DNA of 63,978 nt, filler included, from Ionaspis alba (lineage: Eukaryota), in assembly GCA_964255285.1 (NCBI GenBank). It is 19 parts of 19 records of this genome, joined end to end, with 100 filler letters (N's around TTAATTAATTAA, not from the genome) between each part and the next. Parts side by side here need not be neighbours in the genome. Positions count along the whole stretch, not along the records: positions 61,071 to 63,978 come from CAXUUL010001248.1; 18 more parts are not named here. The stretch is one strand, 5' to 3'. The position numbers and the translations under genes were made by a program. Below, piece after piece: positions 61,267 through 63,978 of the stretch (position 1 is the stretch's first letter; every line of letters starts with the position of its first letter). A model generated the notes under the pieces. The model was not told the DNA's origin, ran no database searches, and saw only the letters and a list, made by a program, of their open reading frames with translations.

Positions 61267-61503
61267 ATAATTCCCGGCCAACACACAATACAGAAACTGC
61301 ACTCCGCCCACCACTACCAAAAACGCCATAAACACGTCAATCAGCTTAATCCTCTGCGGCGTTTTCTGCACATATCCATCCCAGACTCTGTTTAAAATCT
61401 CTTGCGCCGATTGCCCCGATTGTGCTGTAGAGGACGAGGAAGAAGATTTGGCGCTGGATGTCGTGGTTGTGGTCGTGGAGGGGGTGTTGCGTTTGGTTGG
61501 CAT
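61267..61503 (-). CDS. OST2: Ost2/DAD1 exon 1
   Basis: MPTKR...VWDGYVQKTPQRIKLIDVFMAFLVVVGGVQFLYCVLAGNY followed by a GTGAGT donor. Confidence 0.95.
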
Positions 61504-62836
61504 ATTGAAGTAGGATAGGGAGGTGGGCGTGGTTGAAGAAGGTGGAAAGGGAGATTGGGAGGTGTTTTTGATGGTCAATTGTTCTGAAAGGCCAGAGAGC
61601 TTCGAGGTCGGATAAACGATATAGGCGCGCGGTTGCTCGGGCTTGGCGTGACTGGCTAAGATATGTGGCTTGACAAAAGTGGCTGTTGATGATTGTGACG
61701 AGGCGTTAGGAATTGTCTGACATGGGGGCAAGGGCAATACTGCTTGAAGAAATGGAGATTTGAAGATCGATGAGGGCTCTGAAGAATGGTATTTCGTCGT
61801 TTCAATCTAGGGTCCTAAGAGGCCGCTGCATACACACTTCCCCCATCTAAATGGAGCCTCCACTGATGAACATCTAACTTAATTTACATTTTATAGTCTA
61901 ACACCAAAACTTGTACAACTCAGCACCGTGAATCAAATACTCCGAACCCATCTCCCAGTAAGTAGGTCGAGGACCAATCACGATGCGCATCTAGGTATGA
62001 GCAAGAATCTTGATCGACAATACCTGTCCAGCGCTCCCTTGCCGGACTCGAAATTCTCCTGCCTTTCCTATATTCTTCGATCGTGCCGTATCATTCATGA
62101 ATACTGCCGATCTTTGTGTCTAGTCTTGGACTCTTATACTTCGACAGCCAAACATTAGAAACCATGGCAACACACCGCATCCTGCATCAACTCCGGACAT
62201 AAACTCTTTCGTTTCCCGATCGTAGCAACATACAGCTTCGGATTCTCCGAACCGGTACCAAAACACGAACGTTGAGATCTGTAGACTTAGTCCAGCTCTA
62301 TAGAGGCTGCGGAGTCAAGGCGCATATGCAGTAAGTAACCGAAAATCGATGTCATCAATATCGTAGATCCAGAATCTTAGCCCGATGACAGCTGGCCATG
62401 TCGGCGGAAAGCGTAGGTCCACCATATTTACTGACCCTTGCTGGGACATCGCAGAACCTCAACCGATGATGGTTATTCCGCCCTGATTGGATACTTTAAT
62501 GAATGTGGTTGTCGAAGCGAGCACTGACTGAGAAACATGCCATCTCACTCACGCGGGTCTTGACGTTAGTCCTTGGACGTCATGATCGGCGGACAAGGAA
62601 TTATGATCGGGAGATCTGGTGCATGCCGAGGACATACAGAGCTTAAGATACGATGTCCATCTCTCAGAACCCTCCAAGGATTCTTGGAGCGGCTCGAATC
62701 TCGAGGTGGAGTATCTCATTCCGTGAATATCCTCATAGTCTCTTGGCGACCCTGGAGTGACGGCCATATCTGAAGACCCGACGATCCGTAAGCGCCCGTG
62801 CTGTAGCAATTTCCTGCTTAGAGGCCATCACTCTTT

Positions 62837-63978
62837 TCACCCATCCCTGCGTCTGCAAAGAGCAGCCACAACACTGATATCATCAAGTTTCCCTGCAAAT
62901 CGTCAGCTCCACACCAGCTAGCCACTCCAGAGAAAATCCATACCACCCTCCATAGCCAACCCCTCCTCAACCGCCCTCTCCATAAACGGACTCTCCGCAA
63001 ACGGGTCCTCCGCAATAACCCTGGCAGCCTTAACCAGCTCCTCCGCCACAAACTTCATCCCCCCCTCTCTCCCCCCACCTTCCTTCCCTTGTCCTCCATC
63101 GCCACTTCCCTTCTCCGAACCCCGCAAACTCCCCAACACATTCCCCACAACCTCATGCTCCCAAAGATTGTCCACAACCCCATCCGACATCGCCAGCACC
63201 ACATCGCCCTCCCTCACCTCGACCTTATCCATGACCGCGTTCTCGGTAGGAGTATCCGGGGAATTAGTCCCCAGTTGGCGGGGGCAATCGAACCAGTGCC
63301 ATTGCTCGGTCGTTTTGTAGATCACTGCTTTTTCCTGAGGCTCCTGGGGGCGGATGACCATGATCTGGGAGTCGCCCAGGTTGGTTACGTAGAGGAGGGG
63401 CTGTAATTGGTCGTTGGAGTTGGAGTTGGGGGTGTGGTGGAGGAGGGCGCCGCAAGCGGTGGTTGTGCCGAGGTATTCGTTGTTTGGAGGGGTGGTGGCT
63501 TTGAGGGTTTGTTCGTAGGCTTTTTGGAGGGAGGAGATGGGGTTGGGCTCTGTGGAGGTGGAAGAGGTGGAGGGGTGAGACTCGATTTCTAGGGCCCAGA
63601 AGTGCAGGATTAGGCGGGACCAGAGGCTGGATATTGTTGCGTCAGTATATCTCATAACTAAGACAGGAAGAAGAGGGAAAGGGGTATATACGCAGCATGA
63701 CCCTTTGGTCTCGTCGCCCAAGCCCCCACGCCATCATCTACCGCCACGAAATTCTCTCCTGCGAGCACGGCGTCGTCGCCATTCGTGATACCGCCTATCA
63801 TCCTTCCGTCGACTTGGGGACGGCGGTCTCGACTCCGGTTGTGTGTGCTTAGCGGGTCGGAGAAGGAGCCGGAGGGCGGAGAGAGAAAGGGTGGTGGGAA
63901 GGGACGAGAGGGGCGCTTGGCGAAGAGGGCGTAGCCTGTCTCGAAGTAGAAGGGGGTGCGGGGTTTCGAGTCGGGAGG
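62837..63978 (-). CDS. PTC7: PP2C-family phosphatase Ptc7/Azr1, 5'-truncated by window end, spliced
   Basis: NGDDA, VAVDDGVGAW, GTTTAC, VTNLGDS, QWHWFDCPRQLGTNS, SDGVVDNLW and GGKLDDISVV. Confidence 0.92.

Noticed and set aside
61900..62810. Interrupted minus-strand frames between OST2 and PTC7, possibly a pseudogene
   Set aside because: No recognisable motif, so it cannot be supported without a homology search.

Overview
This window is eukaryotic: a filamentous ascomycete (Pezizomycotina; a lichen-forming Lecanoromycete is plausible but unproven) with short GT-AG introns. It is not one locus. It is 19 contigs of about 3.2-3.4 kb, ordered by decreasing length and joined by an artificial 100-nt spacer (N44-TTAATTAATTAA-N44). 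Adjacency across spacers therefore has no biological meaning, and many ORF-track entries are exon fragments or antisense shadows. About 35 protein-coding genes or gene fragments can be modelled by hand. Most are housekeeping genes: CAT2, EAF7, GT90, cystathionine beta-lyase, MSP1, GH76, SEN34, ELP4, RPB8, AMSH, MTF1, RSM26, a Git3-type GPCR, a LovD-like hydrolase, ARO8, OST2, PSR1, ANP1 and PTC7. The most notable observation is absent from the ORF track: a decayed, internally deleted relic resembling the Spok (spore-killer) nuclease-kinase family at about 28.6-29.6 kb, next to a BTB/coiled-coil/zinc-ribbon gene. Also notable: an exact 55-bp overlap joins two distant contigs and rebuilds a complete OST2/DAD1 gene; the carnitine acetyltransferase carries both mitochondrial and PTS1 signals; and two spliced microprotein genes are candidates. 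All family assignments rest on motifs recognised from memory, not on database searches. No rRNA, tRNA, CRISPR array or intact transposon was recognised.
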